From Azolla caroliniana (lineage: Eukaryota > Plantae > Polypodiophyta), in NCBI GenBank assembly GCA_043228905.1, contig JBHGNT010000007.1:20398001-20462000 (forward strand): a DNA stretch of 64,000 nt. The letters run 5' to 3'. Of the stretch, positions 40,309 to 52,878 are shown one piece after another (position 1 is the stretch's first letter; each line of letters opens with the position of its first letter). The notes below the pieces were generated by a model, which was not told the DNA's origin, ran no database searches, and was given only the letters and a program-made list of their open reading frames with translations. The translations under genes were made by a program, and so were the position numbers.

Positions 40309-43300
40309 ATGGAAGATCCTCTAGGTTGTCATTGTCATAGCCCTAATCACAACACTTCCGGTTTTGTTCATACTCATATTAAATCTAATCAAAACCCTAA
40401 TGCTAATGCCGCACAAGTTTCGACGACGCTTCCGTGCGCAAGTGCGCCATCAAAGCCCCAGAAGTCGATTGAAACATTTGGACAAATTAGGACCTCCATG
40501 TATAGAGGGGTCACAAAGTGAGCCATCAGAAAAAGAAATTTATTTCTATTATATTCAATGTGGATTAATTAAATTTTGTTCAGATGGAGCTTAATTTTAA
40601 GAAATTATAACTACCTTAAGCAATCATTTGCAGCCAATTTTCTTCTTCTTCTTCTTATCTTCTTCTTGTAACCAATATTATGCAATTAGATGCATTTATA
40701 CATTCAAATTTATTTACATGTATCTCAAATAAATGAAGCCAAGCATTGACAGAAACACATTTACATGAAATTTTAACTGATTAAGTTTTAAAGAATTCAT
40801 TATTTGATCTTTAGTTTATTAATTAATGAAGCTTGATTTAACTGAAATTAAATTATAGGCATAGATGGACTGGCAGATTTGAAGCCCATCTGTGGGCTCC
40901 AGGAGAGAAGGGCAGACCAGAAAAGGAAGGCAAGGTGACATATACCAATTCTTCTTATTATTATTATGTATTTACTATTATGTATTATTATTATTACTAT
41001 TATTTATTTTATTTTAATTATTTATTGATTTAATTTTACTTATTTATCTAGCTACACTGAAGAGACAGAATTAATTGCCAAGGGCAAAAGATGTTACAGC
41101 CAAACTTTGTTCAAAATATTTACAGACAAATAAAATAGAGAAATGCTTCCATACATAGAGGTGTCATTAGACACATTTGTAGGCACTTCATCATCCAATG
41201 GGTTCGATGCATAGAGGTGTCATGAACATGCAATAATTATTAGACATGATGACAAAATTGTCCAACAATTAGACACATTGTGGACATAATCGCGCAACAA
41301 TTATACACATTGTGGACATAATCGTCCCACAATTGGACACATTGTGGACAGACTCGTCCAACAATTAGACACATTGTGAACGGAATAGTTCAATAAATTG
41401 ACAAATCGTGTCATCACCGTCCTATATAATTAGCGATGTCCGACAAGTGTGGACCCCGATACATGATATGAAGGGAATCCAAAATGTGACTCTGTGCATA
41501 TTCACGAGAAGTCCTAGTTGGTAGGCGGGAAAATGAAAAAAACAAAAAACCCAGAATGTGCCCTCATTGTCCACCGTCGTCCTTAACTTGCTCAACTGGC
41601 CACACATTTGTAAAGGGAATTTCAATCCCATAAAATGAATTGGTAACCATCTAGAAGACCATCAAATGTTGGTGTAGGAACTTTTGTATCTTTTTGACTC
41701 ATCACTAGAACAAAATTAGTTTCATCAACATACATAGCTAAGATTTGTGGTCTCCATCTTCGGAGAAATAACTTGTTTGCGTCATCATTTCACATTTTTA
41801 CACACACACATACACAAGCACATGCACATGCATAGAGTCTAGACAATATATGATTCCAAGTAAGTCGAGTTGTTGATTACCCTTTACTAACATTGATTGT
41901 TTTTCATTGTTGATTCTTGTCATGTGTTGATTCAATATATGATAACACGGGAACCGTGGGACCTGCAGTGTACCTAGGTACTACGATGTGTTACTTCATT
42001 TAAATAATAGAAGTGTTTGATATATAAACTTTAGTTTGAATGCCTTAGAAGGTCCAAAAATATGCACATGGGTTATCCCATTAAAGTAATAAGGCTATTG
42101 AAACTTTTTTCATATTGAGAATTCAAATTTAACGTACTTAGCCAATCTTGACACCAATGCTAATATAATTAATTTTGCTATTCATGCGAACAAAATATAA
42201 ACATGTAATCTAGGTGGCTATGATAAAGAAGAAAGGGCAGCTAGAGCATACGACCTTGCAGCATTAAAGTATTGGGGTCCTACTACGAGTATCAACTTTC
42301 AGGTGATTCTTAGCTATTCCTCACTGTTGCTTCGCTTAGACGTTTAGACAAACATTTTAAAGTAAAGAGTCATTTTCTATCTCACTAATATGCGTATCTT
42401 TTAAAGTCAACACCCCAACTTAAAATTGTGTACTTATATGGCTCTTACTAGCATGCGTGATTTTGTGAGATCATACTAAAATCTGTGCAGACTAGCATAT
42501 GTTTGTATGAGATCCTACAATATTTATCTCAATCTGATTGGGAATTGTTTATGTGAGTAGCATAACCATATACAATATGGTCGTGGGTGTGTGTAACTTT
42601 TATTAATATTTTGTGCATTATCATATTTTATTTTAAAACGCTTTATGTGAAGTAGTTACAACTTATGACATGTCTATTCCATGCCCTACCCACAAAAATA
42701 TGGATCAAGTTACATATCCTCAAGTACATTGTCTTAGGGTTCTCTTACAAAAAGTAATAGTTGTAAAGTAACAAATCTAGATGTACATAACTTTGTTCAT
42801 ACAATGCTTTGGTAGAAAAGTCACATGGTAAATATCAAGAGCTACTAGAAACCCGAACTCATGTATCAAAGCCAACGGACTAAAATGACATTTTGTTGCA
42901 TGTGGCATGGCTCATTGTTCTTTAGGTTCCACTACATTTGTAGAAAGAGCTAGATTTAAATGAAAAAGGGTATTTTGAATATATATTGTCAACTTAATGT
43001 TTGAGAAACAATTTCGGCCCTCCTCACAAAACTAGGGGTCAAATGATACTTAGGTGATGGATTGCGGTGTTCAATTACATTCCAAACCATCAATCTCTAA
43101 TATACATATGACATGCTTAGTGATTTGCTTTTGAGGGGCCTCATGCACCCTCGACATATATGTTAAACATTAGTAATTAGTTTTTCCTACCTAGCTACAT
43201 GGTTTGGTGACTATGATTTCATTGATGATAAGTTGATTTTGATGTTCTACTAGCTTGAAGATTATGAAAAAGAACTTGAAGAAATGAAGAACGTGACTAG

Positions 43301-46300
43301 ACAAGAGTTTGTTGCTTCATTACGAAGGTAAGTTGACGACTCATTATAGGTGGATATATTTGTTACACATTTATTATATTCTCTTACATAAGCTAACGAC
43401 ACAGAATGGCTTTGTTTTTTAAGGAAAAGTAGTGGATTCTCTAGGGGAGCATCAGTTTATCGTGGTGTCACAAGGTTAGCAAACATCAATCTAATAGTCA
43501 ATGACATGCATAAGTTGTCTTTCCTCATTCTTGTCTCGATTATTTTTAGATTACATTTTGTTAGTCCAAATATACATATAGAAAAGAAACCAAATGCATT
43601 TTGTACATATTATAGTAGGGATAACATGGCCTACATTACATTTATGAGGACACATACACTACTTTCTACAATTGGGAATTTGGATGTGAATCGTTTGATC
43701 ATTCAAAAACATTCACAACCTAGACCTGATGGAGTTACAAACACAAACATTGCAATTGCTTTATTTGTGTCATGGGTTATAACTCGCATATATAGAGGGA
43801 TATCTAAAAGAACAAGGCCAACCTTCCATTTTGAAAATTAAAATGAGAAGACAATGGCATATAAATTTTGTCATCAAGTTGAGAATGTGATGGGAGTAGG
43901 GAAAATGTTTTGATATTTCCATGAAAGCAAGTCAATATTTTGAAAATGGGAAGGCAACAACTCTCTAGTTGTTTCTCAAGACTTGATTTTGGAAAGCACT
44001 TTAGGATATTTGGTTTCATTCCCAAAGTCACTTCATAGTACATCCAAATTTTCATTTGGATAAATTTGTGGGGATTATGGACTATATGGATATCATGTTA
44101 ACCACATGGTCTTTTTTATGAACATGCAATCAATGAACTCCTCTTCTTCAATTGGTGGCATGCATTGCATGGTTTTCTTCAACTCCATGTTATTTGACAA
44201 CTTTCAAGTTTTCTTGAGTGCTTTTGAGAACAACACTATGCATTAGTATTTTTGTGGGTTTCTACCTCACCTTGGTGTTTCCCACCAAAAGACTAAAGCA
44301 TTACTTAAAACTAAAAACATTGGTCCATCTTTATTTGAATTCACAAGTCATGCAAATAATGAATAAACGAGTGTTCAATACCGCCTCAATTATATGTCTT
44401 TTGTTCTATCCCTCTTTGATCTTGTTTTTCAGCTTAAGATAATTTAAGTTTTTTGTAGACATCATCAACATGGACGATGGCAAGCTCGAATAGGGAGGGT
44501 AGCTGGAAACAAGGACTTATATCTTGGAACTTTCGGTAATTATAAGTCATATTCAAGTGAAGTAACATTTCAACACATAATATTGCTTAATAAAAGGCTA
44601 GTAAATGATGTTAGGGAAGTTTTCATGGACAAAGTATAGGTTTGTTGATTGTCGAACCTTTGAACTCACAACATAGTAAGAACCAACATAGTTTATCGTA
44701 CAAAGAACCTTGCCTAGAACACACACACACACACACACACCATACTATAAATTACAAATAATTGAATTAAACCAATCATCGATGGCTCAACAAGTGTGTT
44801 ATGTGTAAACACCTCATAGCTTGGTCATGTATCCAATGAGTGCTTATTCTAATATAATAGGAGATATGTTACTTTTGGTTTTAAACTATATGTGTACATT
44901 CTTTTATTTCGCTATCTTGGTAGATACAATTGTACTACATTTTTATCAACAATAGACATGAAGATTGGCAATCCTTATATACTACTAATCAATTTGTCTC
45001 TTCCCTTGGAATTTTCATATCTAAAGTCGACAAAGATCGCGAGTAACATTAGTCAATTCAATGAGAGAGAGAGAGAGAGAGAGAGATTTCTTACCTTTCT
45101 TACCGTTCCTTCGTCTTAATTATTTGTGCCTTTGTTAATAGGTAGGCTATCTATTATAAGTCATGTATGGCTCTACAATGAATGACCTACCCCTTTCCTC
45201 ATTATGGTGTATTATTGCACCATTTACATTAAAAAAAAAGTACCTTCACATGCTTAGCTAAAAGGGTTAGAAGGAGAGAGAAGAGGTGGAGGCCATCAAT
45301 GCATGTGAGAGGGGGGATTAACAAGCAGTTAATCATCACCATATATTAGATTTATTGAATGAGATGTCATACAACCCTACAAGATCTAGTAATGACACAC
45401 TTAAACATTTGAATAGACATGATTCTCAATACATTAACTTGAGCCTATAAGTAAAAATGATTTGAAAAGTAAATCCATTCTGAGACAATGAGAACTTCCT
45501 CCAAACATTAATTGACTAACTTCCTTCAAAAGTTTTTGTATAACTTTTTTTGTAATGTAATAGTTTGCAAAACATTTTCCTTGAAGCTTGGAATCTACTC
45601 TTTTTTCTTTGTACTACGACAATAATCCAAAACTAAATAAATGAAAAAGCATCATGTTGTTGTATCAAAGGAGGTGACATAAATCACAGGTAATAAATTG
45701 ATGAATGATGATAAAACTCATTAAATGTTTGAAATCATTACACGATCCATTAGGTCATTAAATAACTGAAATGATGCACAGAAAAAACAACATTGCATCA
45801 TGCGACGGCCCACTACCCTTTGGCCAATCTAACATTTCGCACGGTATTTTAGTGAATGAGCGTCTATGATGTCCCTTTTTGCACAATGCTGATGTGGAGT
45901 CATTAAGAGTAGCTATAAATATGATCATGGTGGATGCATTTATGGACTTAATATTGATATATCTCGAGCTTTACGTTGTTTTTCATACAATCATGTTCAA
46001 TGGTGTGTTGGCTTGTAGGGACACAAGAGGAGGCCGCAGAGGCATATGATATAGCAGCTATAAAGTTCCGAGGTGCAAATGTGGTCACAAATTTTGACAT
46101 GAGTCGATATGACATAGCAAAGATCTTCACCTCAAATAATATTCACAACCTCAATACTAACACCACAGATGATCCACTAATTAGTCACCGTAACTATTAC
46201 CCGAATCACAACCTTAATTGTTATTCTTATAATTCAACCAAAACCTTGATACGTCTTCCATCAAATACTTTACATTATTATAAACATTCCAATAATACTA

Positions 46301-47241
46301 ATACATTACAGGATTATGATCGCCATGAAAATTTACGAAGTGGTGCAAACAATAACCATTCATTGCTCATGCACATCCTAAATCACAATTCTTCGCCATC
46401 TAGTGAAGTTAACTCCAGTTTCTATAATATTGAGGGTAACAATATGCAAGACCAACCAATCGGAAACAATGTAAGTAAATTATACATAAAACAAATATCT
46501 CGCTATACATATATGTGTATGTGTATAGGTATGTGTTTTTGTGTATGTATATATGGATCATGCAACATGTAAGTTTGTGTGTACATTTGTATCGTCTGTG
46601 GTACTTAAGTATAAATGTTTCTTTGTCTCCCATTTTATTGGTAGACACTTGCTCTCATATTCGTTGAGTGCACGACATGTACTATAAATTCTTTACTTTG
46701 AGATTTCTCTTTCATAATATCACCCATTGTGAAGAAAATATGTGTATACCTATATACAAATACATATGCACGCATTTGTGTTTCTATATATAAATGTACA
46801 TTTGTGCATCTTTATTTATATTTGTGTGTATGTATACGTAGGCATTTCTATGCATTATACAAACACATTTAAAACATAGCCGTGAAATTTTGACAGTTAG
46901 GAATTAAGTTTTTTAGTGTGCACTGGTACATACTTTATTGTCACGAAGCTTTAAAAGGAAGATGTTCAGTAATATATAATGTAGGTACATGCTTGTTATT
47001 GTAGGAGGAAAATTACATGAGTGCTTTCGAAAACAAAAAGACCCAAGGAAATTATTCGGCACTACAAAACCATCAAATCATATTGATAAATCATCAACAA
47101 GGACCTTGTAACCATAACGAAGAGAATAGTCACAGAGACATGTCATGTTTAAGCCTAGTACGATCTAACTACTCAACATTCCCCTCCACACCCTATAAGC
47201 ATAATAACCATAATGTGCATAATATTACTACAGTGGTATGA
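40309..47241 (+). CDS. AIL: euANT/AIL (ANT/PLT/BBM/APB-like) double-AP2 transcription factor, 9 exons; 7-nt deletion in exon 2, possible pseudogene
   Basis: Exons 40309-40517, 40859-40934, 41969-41977, 42214-42302, 43254-43327, 43424-43474, 44459-44535, 46019-46470 and 47005-47241, all GT-AG. Peptides: [118 protein letters not shown]. Confidence 0.93.
41258..41405. repeat. 32-bp tandem repeat (~4.5 units) in AIL intron 2
   Basis: ACAATTAGACACATTGTGGACATAATCG-type unit repeated. Confidence 0.85.
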
Positions 47242-48162
47242 AAAGCAGCAATTTAACTCAATTTCCTCAACCCGCAACTTAGAGGTAAAGAAGGATGCTC
47301 AAATTTATTCTAAGATTTAGAAGTTAATGTCCCAATAACATGGAGCTTTACTTGTATCGACTTGTCGTTTCAAAAGATGTTTCCATTCTTAAACCAATGA
47401 AGATCCTTACATGCTTGAAATTAGGTGTGTATTGATTCAAATGTTTTCTCTCTTTGTAGCTACTCCTCTGTGTGTGTGTGTGTGTGTGTGCACTTTGCCC
47501 TAAACAAGTTCGAGAGTTTGAGTATCACATTTTAATACAGTGCTTTGCCTTTGATCATATTTGACCATGTTTTCCACACATCTTTGACCAAACCCAATCC
47601 TTGTGCGAATTTATGTCTCAACCACAATGTGCAATCTTGATTGCAACAGTCATCAGCAAAGTTCTTGAACATCAAGAGTCGCTACTCATTTTCACATGTA
47701 TTACATAAAATGTAATATTTTTGGTCTCATAGGTCATATTTGACCTCCAAAGACGATAATAGAATCTATCGATCTACCTATCTCTCTTTGTGTTTCTCTC
47801 TCTACCCATGGTCTTTTGGTAATACCAATTGAAGATGTCAACTCCACACATCATATATTAGGTCATATTTCTCTTTCTCAACTATAGACATGTTGGGTAG
47901 GTACACTTTATATTGTTGGTTAAATTATAAAAAGTGTTTAAGGTGTCTTGCACTTATCATGATAATCATCATTGACAAAATAGAGTTGTAATGACAATCA
48001 TTTACAAAATAAAGCTATGGCATATTAATAATATAAAAAAGACCTAGAGTTATTATGATCATTATCATCCCAAGGGTTCTCATTATCATAATCATCTTGA
48101 ACCTCTAGGTCATTGACTTGGCCACTTGGCTTGTTTTGGATGGTTTACCTAGGCATGTATGC

Positions 48163-48165
<3 letters not shown>

Positions 48166-48205
<40 letters not shown>

Positions 48206-48315
48206 CACATATGTATGTATGTATGTATGTAATCAACCCCGGATTTGAAAAAAATATACAAAACTTTAGATGAATGTACTTCACCACTCCGTATGTATTT
48301 ATGTATGTATGTATG

Positions 48316-48345
<30 letters not shown>
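48166..48345. repeat. (GT)n and (ATGT)n microsatellites
   Basis: Direct reading. Confidence 0.95.
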
Positions 48346-48347
<2 letters not shown>

Positions 48348-50159
48348 AGTTGAATGGTATGTATGTATATGTGTGACAAAAGTTAGAAAACTTATGAGCA
48401 CTAGGAGAACTCAAGATATTGAAAGTATGAATCAAATATATCTCAATAAGATCACTCTTAATGTCATTCCATAAGTAGGGCCTTGACTTTCTTTGTCCAT
48501 TCAAACATTATCATGTACATGATCTATTGCAAAAAGTGGGTAAAATCAAAGCCTCTATATTGGGACATTAGTGCGACATCCAATAATCATTTTCTTTGCA
48601 AGAACATATTTCACTATTGCAAATGCTCCATCAAGGTTAGTGATGATATTCAATGTCGACCAAGACGGACAAAGAGGTTGCGTCATTCCTATTGGATAAT
48701 GGGTTGCTTCATCATAAACTGCTCTATATGCCATGATGCAAGCCCTAATGCCCCCATTGCATCTTACAAATGGTAAATGGTGAACTTTTACTACATGGAG
48801 GCCATTGTAGTGGAGGTTAGTGTAACATATTCAAACAAGTTATGCACTAATGCCTTTCACCAATGGTTTGGTATATGCTTCCCTAGGAGTAGAGGGTCAA
48901 GAAATGCATGTTAGTTGAAGGATGAGAAGAGGTACATTAGTGTTATGAACTTCCCTGAACAAATGTTTAACTTGACTATGGTTTGGCTCAAATAAATTGA
49001 TGTTTTCTATGTTCCTTATAAGGTTAAAAGTTCAAAATGGTCAAGATTCTATTGGTGACATTTTCAAGACTCTATTGGTGACGCTAGGCTCTCTTTGGAT
49101 CCATTATTCAACATCCAAGTTATAACATACAATAATATATTATGTATGGAACATCGATGGTCTTTTATGTTCGTTTCATGTCCTTTTGGTTCAACACCAG
49201 TTCTTGATTGCTCTCTTCTAATCCTTGCTTTATGATAATATAAAATATTGTCTTCTCATCTTCATCTTATTTTCCGATTCATCATTATTTTGGGTCTCTT
49301 CAACGGTGACACTAAATAGAAGAAAAGCTGGACATTGTGAAAGTTCTCAACTAAAATTATGAGGTACTAGGTGAAGAGAAAAAGAAAATAACTAATGAGC
49401 AACGAGAAAAAGAAAAAGCATAATATGGGAGAAGCTAGAAGGAGAGAATCAAACAATATTGTTGATGATGAACAAAAAAGGAAAAGAAAGAGGGTCAACA
49501 TTTAATCTTTGTTGATAAATAGAACAAACCATAGGTCTAAAGTGTCACGGACACACCAACCACGGACTGGGACGGAGCACGGATGATGGGTCTACAAGCA
49601 ACGGGTTACGAACTTGGAGCTAGAAGTGACGAGGTTGGGAACTCTCGAAGTTGTGATCAACATGAAAGCATGAAGACAGAGATGAAGAACGAGACAAGAT
49701 GGAATGGAACAAGAATACTAGATTGATGTATCAATGACTGGTGTTGAATCCCTTGAAAGGGACAAGAAGGTTACAAGTATTTATACAAGTTTTGAGATTG
49801 AATATCTCTATAATATACCTGAGAAATATCTCTAGAATATACCCGACAAATAGTTCTAGAATATACCCATCTAGAATACACCATAGAATATTTCTAGAAT
49901 ATACTAAAGACTAGAGTAGTCTAGAATGTATTAAAAAAGAATAAGTATAATACTAAATTATTATATATAAAATATGCTTATATCAAAATGGTTAGGAATT
50001 ACGTGTTGTAAATGTGAGGTTGCGGGTTTAATCCTCACTAACTACGTATTTGATGTCACTGTGTCGTGACATTATCCTCCCCTTTAGGCCGCCTTTTCGA
50101 AAGCGTGGTGTAGGGGTGGACAGGAATTGGAGCATCGACAGTAGTGAGGAATCATATGT

Positions 50160-50630
50160 TGTCCTCACCGGAGACTCGAACACTGACGTACTTGAGCGAT
50201 CGGAGATTGGAACACCGACGAGCTTGAGCGACCATGTGCGGTCCTCACCGGAGACTGGAACCTCGATAGGCTTGAGCGACCATACACGGTCCTCACCGGA
50301 GACTGGAACCCCGACGGGCTTGAGTGACCATGCACGGCCCTCACCGGAGACTGGAACCAGATGGGCGTGCGGCCCTCACCGGGGATTGGAACACGGACGG
50401 GTGTGATCGGCCATGTAGCCCTCACTGGGAACTGGAACATGGACGGGTGTGATCGGCCATGCAGCCCTCACCGGGGACTGGTACACGAGTGGGAGTGAGG
50501 AGCCATGAGGCCCTCAACGGGTATTGGTATACGACCGGGAGTGAGTGGCCATGTGGCCCTCACCGGGGACTGGTACACGAGTGGGAGTGAGTGGCCACCG
50601 GGAATGAGAACGTGAGTGACCATGTGCAGT
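50160..50630. repeat. GC-rich tandem repeats (~50-60-bp units) inside the non-autonomous LTR element
   Basis: Recurring CCCTCACCGG(A/G)GACTGGAAC...GACCATG; a further ~30-33-bp repeat set at ~51470-51570. Confidence 0.88.
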
Positions 50631-52878
50631 CCGTTTTTAATAAAAAAATATCAGAAAGGCTCAATTCAATAAAAGCAAATAAAAGTTTGACAAAAAAACA
50701 TTAATTAATAGATTACTTTGTCTATCCAATCAACCAAACGGATCGGTGGATTGTAATGATTCGTTAGATATGGATGCTTGCACTACGAAGAAGCAAAAAG
50801 CAAAATTTTTCTTAAATATCTAACTCGGTTGGTTTTTGATTAGAGTGATTTTGGTCTTAAAACAAATATCGTTCTTCGTTTCCAAATAAACCGGTTACGT
50901 GGAATGTTCCAAAAGCAAAACAAAGTACTCCTGAAAGGAATAGGTGAATCCCAAATATACAAACGGGCAGCGACCATGCGGTCCACCGAGAACTAGAACA
51001 CGAACCAGAGTGAGCGACCACACGGCCCTCATAGGGAACTAGAACACGAACGGGCGAAGGAGTGCAAGTGAAGTGGTCGACTCGAGTTCTTCTATTATAA
51101 GAGGGTAAATAGTCGAGGTTGACCCAAAACACGGCACAAACGATAGCGTTAGCGAGAAACCGATGCGATCCCCACCAAGAAAGTGAGCAGTTGTGAACCC
51201 CACCAGAACTAGATAGTGAGCGATCGAAATCAGTCCTCGCCAAAGGAAAGTGGCACGAGACTTGAACTAAAATGAAAATGGAGTGCAAACGAGCAATGAT
51301 TTGATCCCCACCATGAAAGTGAGTGGTTGTAACCCCCACCGGAACTGTGAAGGTGAGTGATCGAAATCAATCCGTTTGATGAAGACAACAAGAAGTGCGG
51401 AAAAATGATGATGTCAAAGACGAGGCAATGCAGATGATGATGATAAGGAAGCTTCTCTACAAGGAATCATTATGACTATGGTGACGATGGCGACTCTAAA
51501 ACCAAGGATGCTGATGATGGTAGCTCTGGAACCAAGGACTATGACGATGGTAACTCTAGAAGCAAGGGTGATGACGAAGACGAGTGATGCTTCTAGTTGG
51601 AAGGGATTCAAGCTGTCACAGACACACCAACCATGGCTGGGACGGAGCACGGATGATGGGGCTACAAGCGACGGGCTGCGAACTTGGAGCTATAAGTAAC
51701 GAGGTTGGGAACTCTAGAAGTTTTGATCAACATGAAAGCATGAAGACAGAGATGAAGAATGAGACAAGATGGAATAGAACAAGAATAATAAATTGATGTA
51801 TCAATGACTGGTGTTGAATCCCTTGAAAGGGACCAAGGAGATTACACGTATTTATACAAGTTTTGAGATTGAATATCTCTAGAATATACCTAGGAAATAT
51901 CTTCAGAAAATACCCGACAAATATCTCTAGAATATACCCATCTAAAATACAATATAGAATATTTCTAGAATATACTAAAGACTAGAATAGTCTGGAATGT
52001 ACTATATGCTAGAATAACTGTAATACTAAAAACATCGGGTCATTTAGAACAGGTAATATGTCGCATTCCTTTATTGCTAAATACATGAGATGTCAAGAAT
52101 TACAATTTTTTAACAAACTTTCAAGAATGTATCACGCATGCGCACATGACTTTTAAAAACATCAATAAAAAACACAGTTAATATTATCAAGATTTCAAAT
52201 TTAACCTATATTTTCTCAATTCATACACATATTTAGCCAGACATTCGCTTGGATTACGAGAATGCTTTCAACTATGATTGTAATATGCTTCATTTTACAT
52301 AAGGTTGAATTTGATTCCAATTGAACAATTTTAGAAACACAATTTTAATGCTATATTTCTCTCTAACTCCTATAAAGCTTGTTATATTAAATGAGCAAAT
52401 TGCATTTTTGGGTATAATTAGACACATATTCACAAGTGAATATCACATTATGTATATACCTCACATGCCCAAAAACTTCTACGAACATTACATCCCAATC
52501 ATATATGAACAACCTAAATGTAAGATCAAGTGAGCAACAACGTTGACTTAATATTATTCTATACACACGAAACTAAATAACCAAGATTAAAGAGCTCAAA
52601 AATCCTACAATAAAGCTAAATTCAATTATATTAATAAAGAAACAATTATAACCAACATTTGTCATACAATCGATAAGTTCATCATCATCTATTCAATAAA
52701 AATTATACCTAACAACCACATACTTTGCGAGTCAACCAATACAAATATATGATAGACACTTAAAATTTGCAAACCAATCAGATAATGTAAAGAAATGGTA
52801 CTCAAACAAAATAATATTATATTCCAAAACAAGTTTAGTGTTACAATTTTATAGTTACAAATACAAACTAATATACAA

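Noticed and set aside
46471-46572. AIL CDS ending at 46572 as in the ORF track
   Set aside because: A strong donor (AAT|GTAAGT) at 46470 and an in-frame acceptor at 47005 favour a ninth exon; the read-through is TA/TG-rich intron sequence.
50050-51796. ORFs inside the non-autonomous LTR element
   Set aside because: Produced by tandem repeats; no gag or pol motifs.
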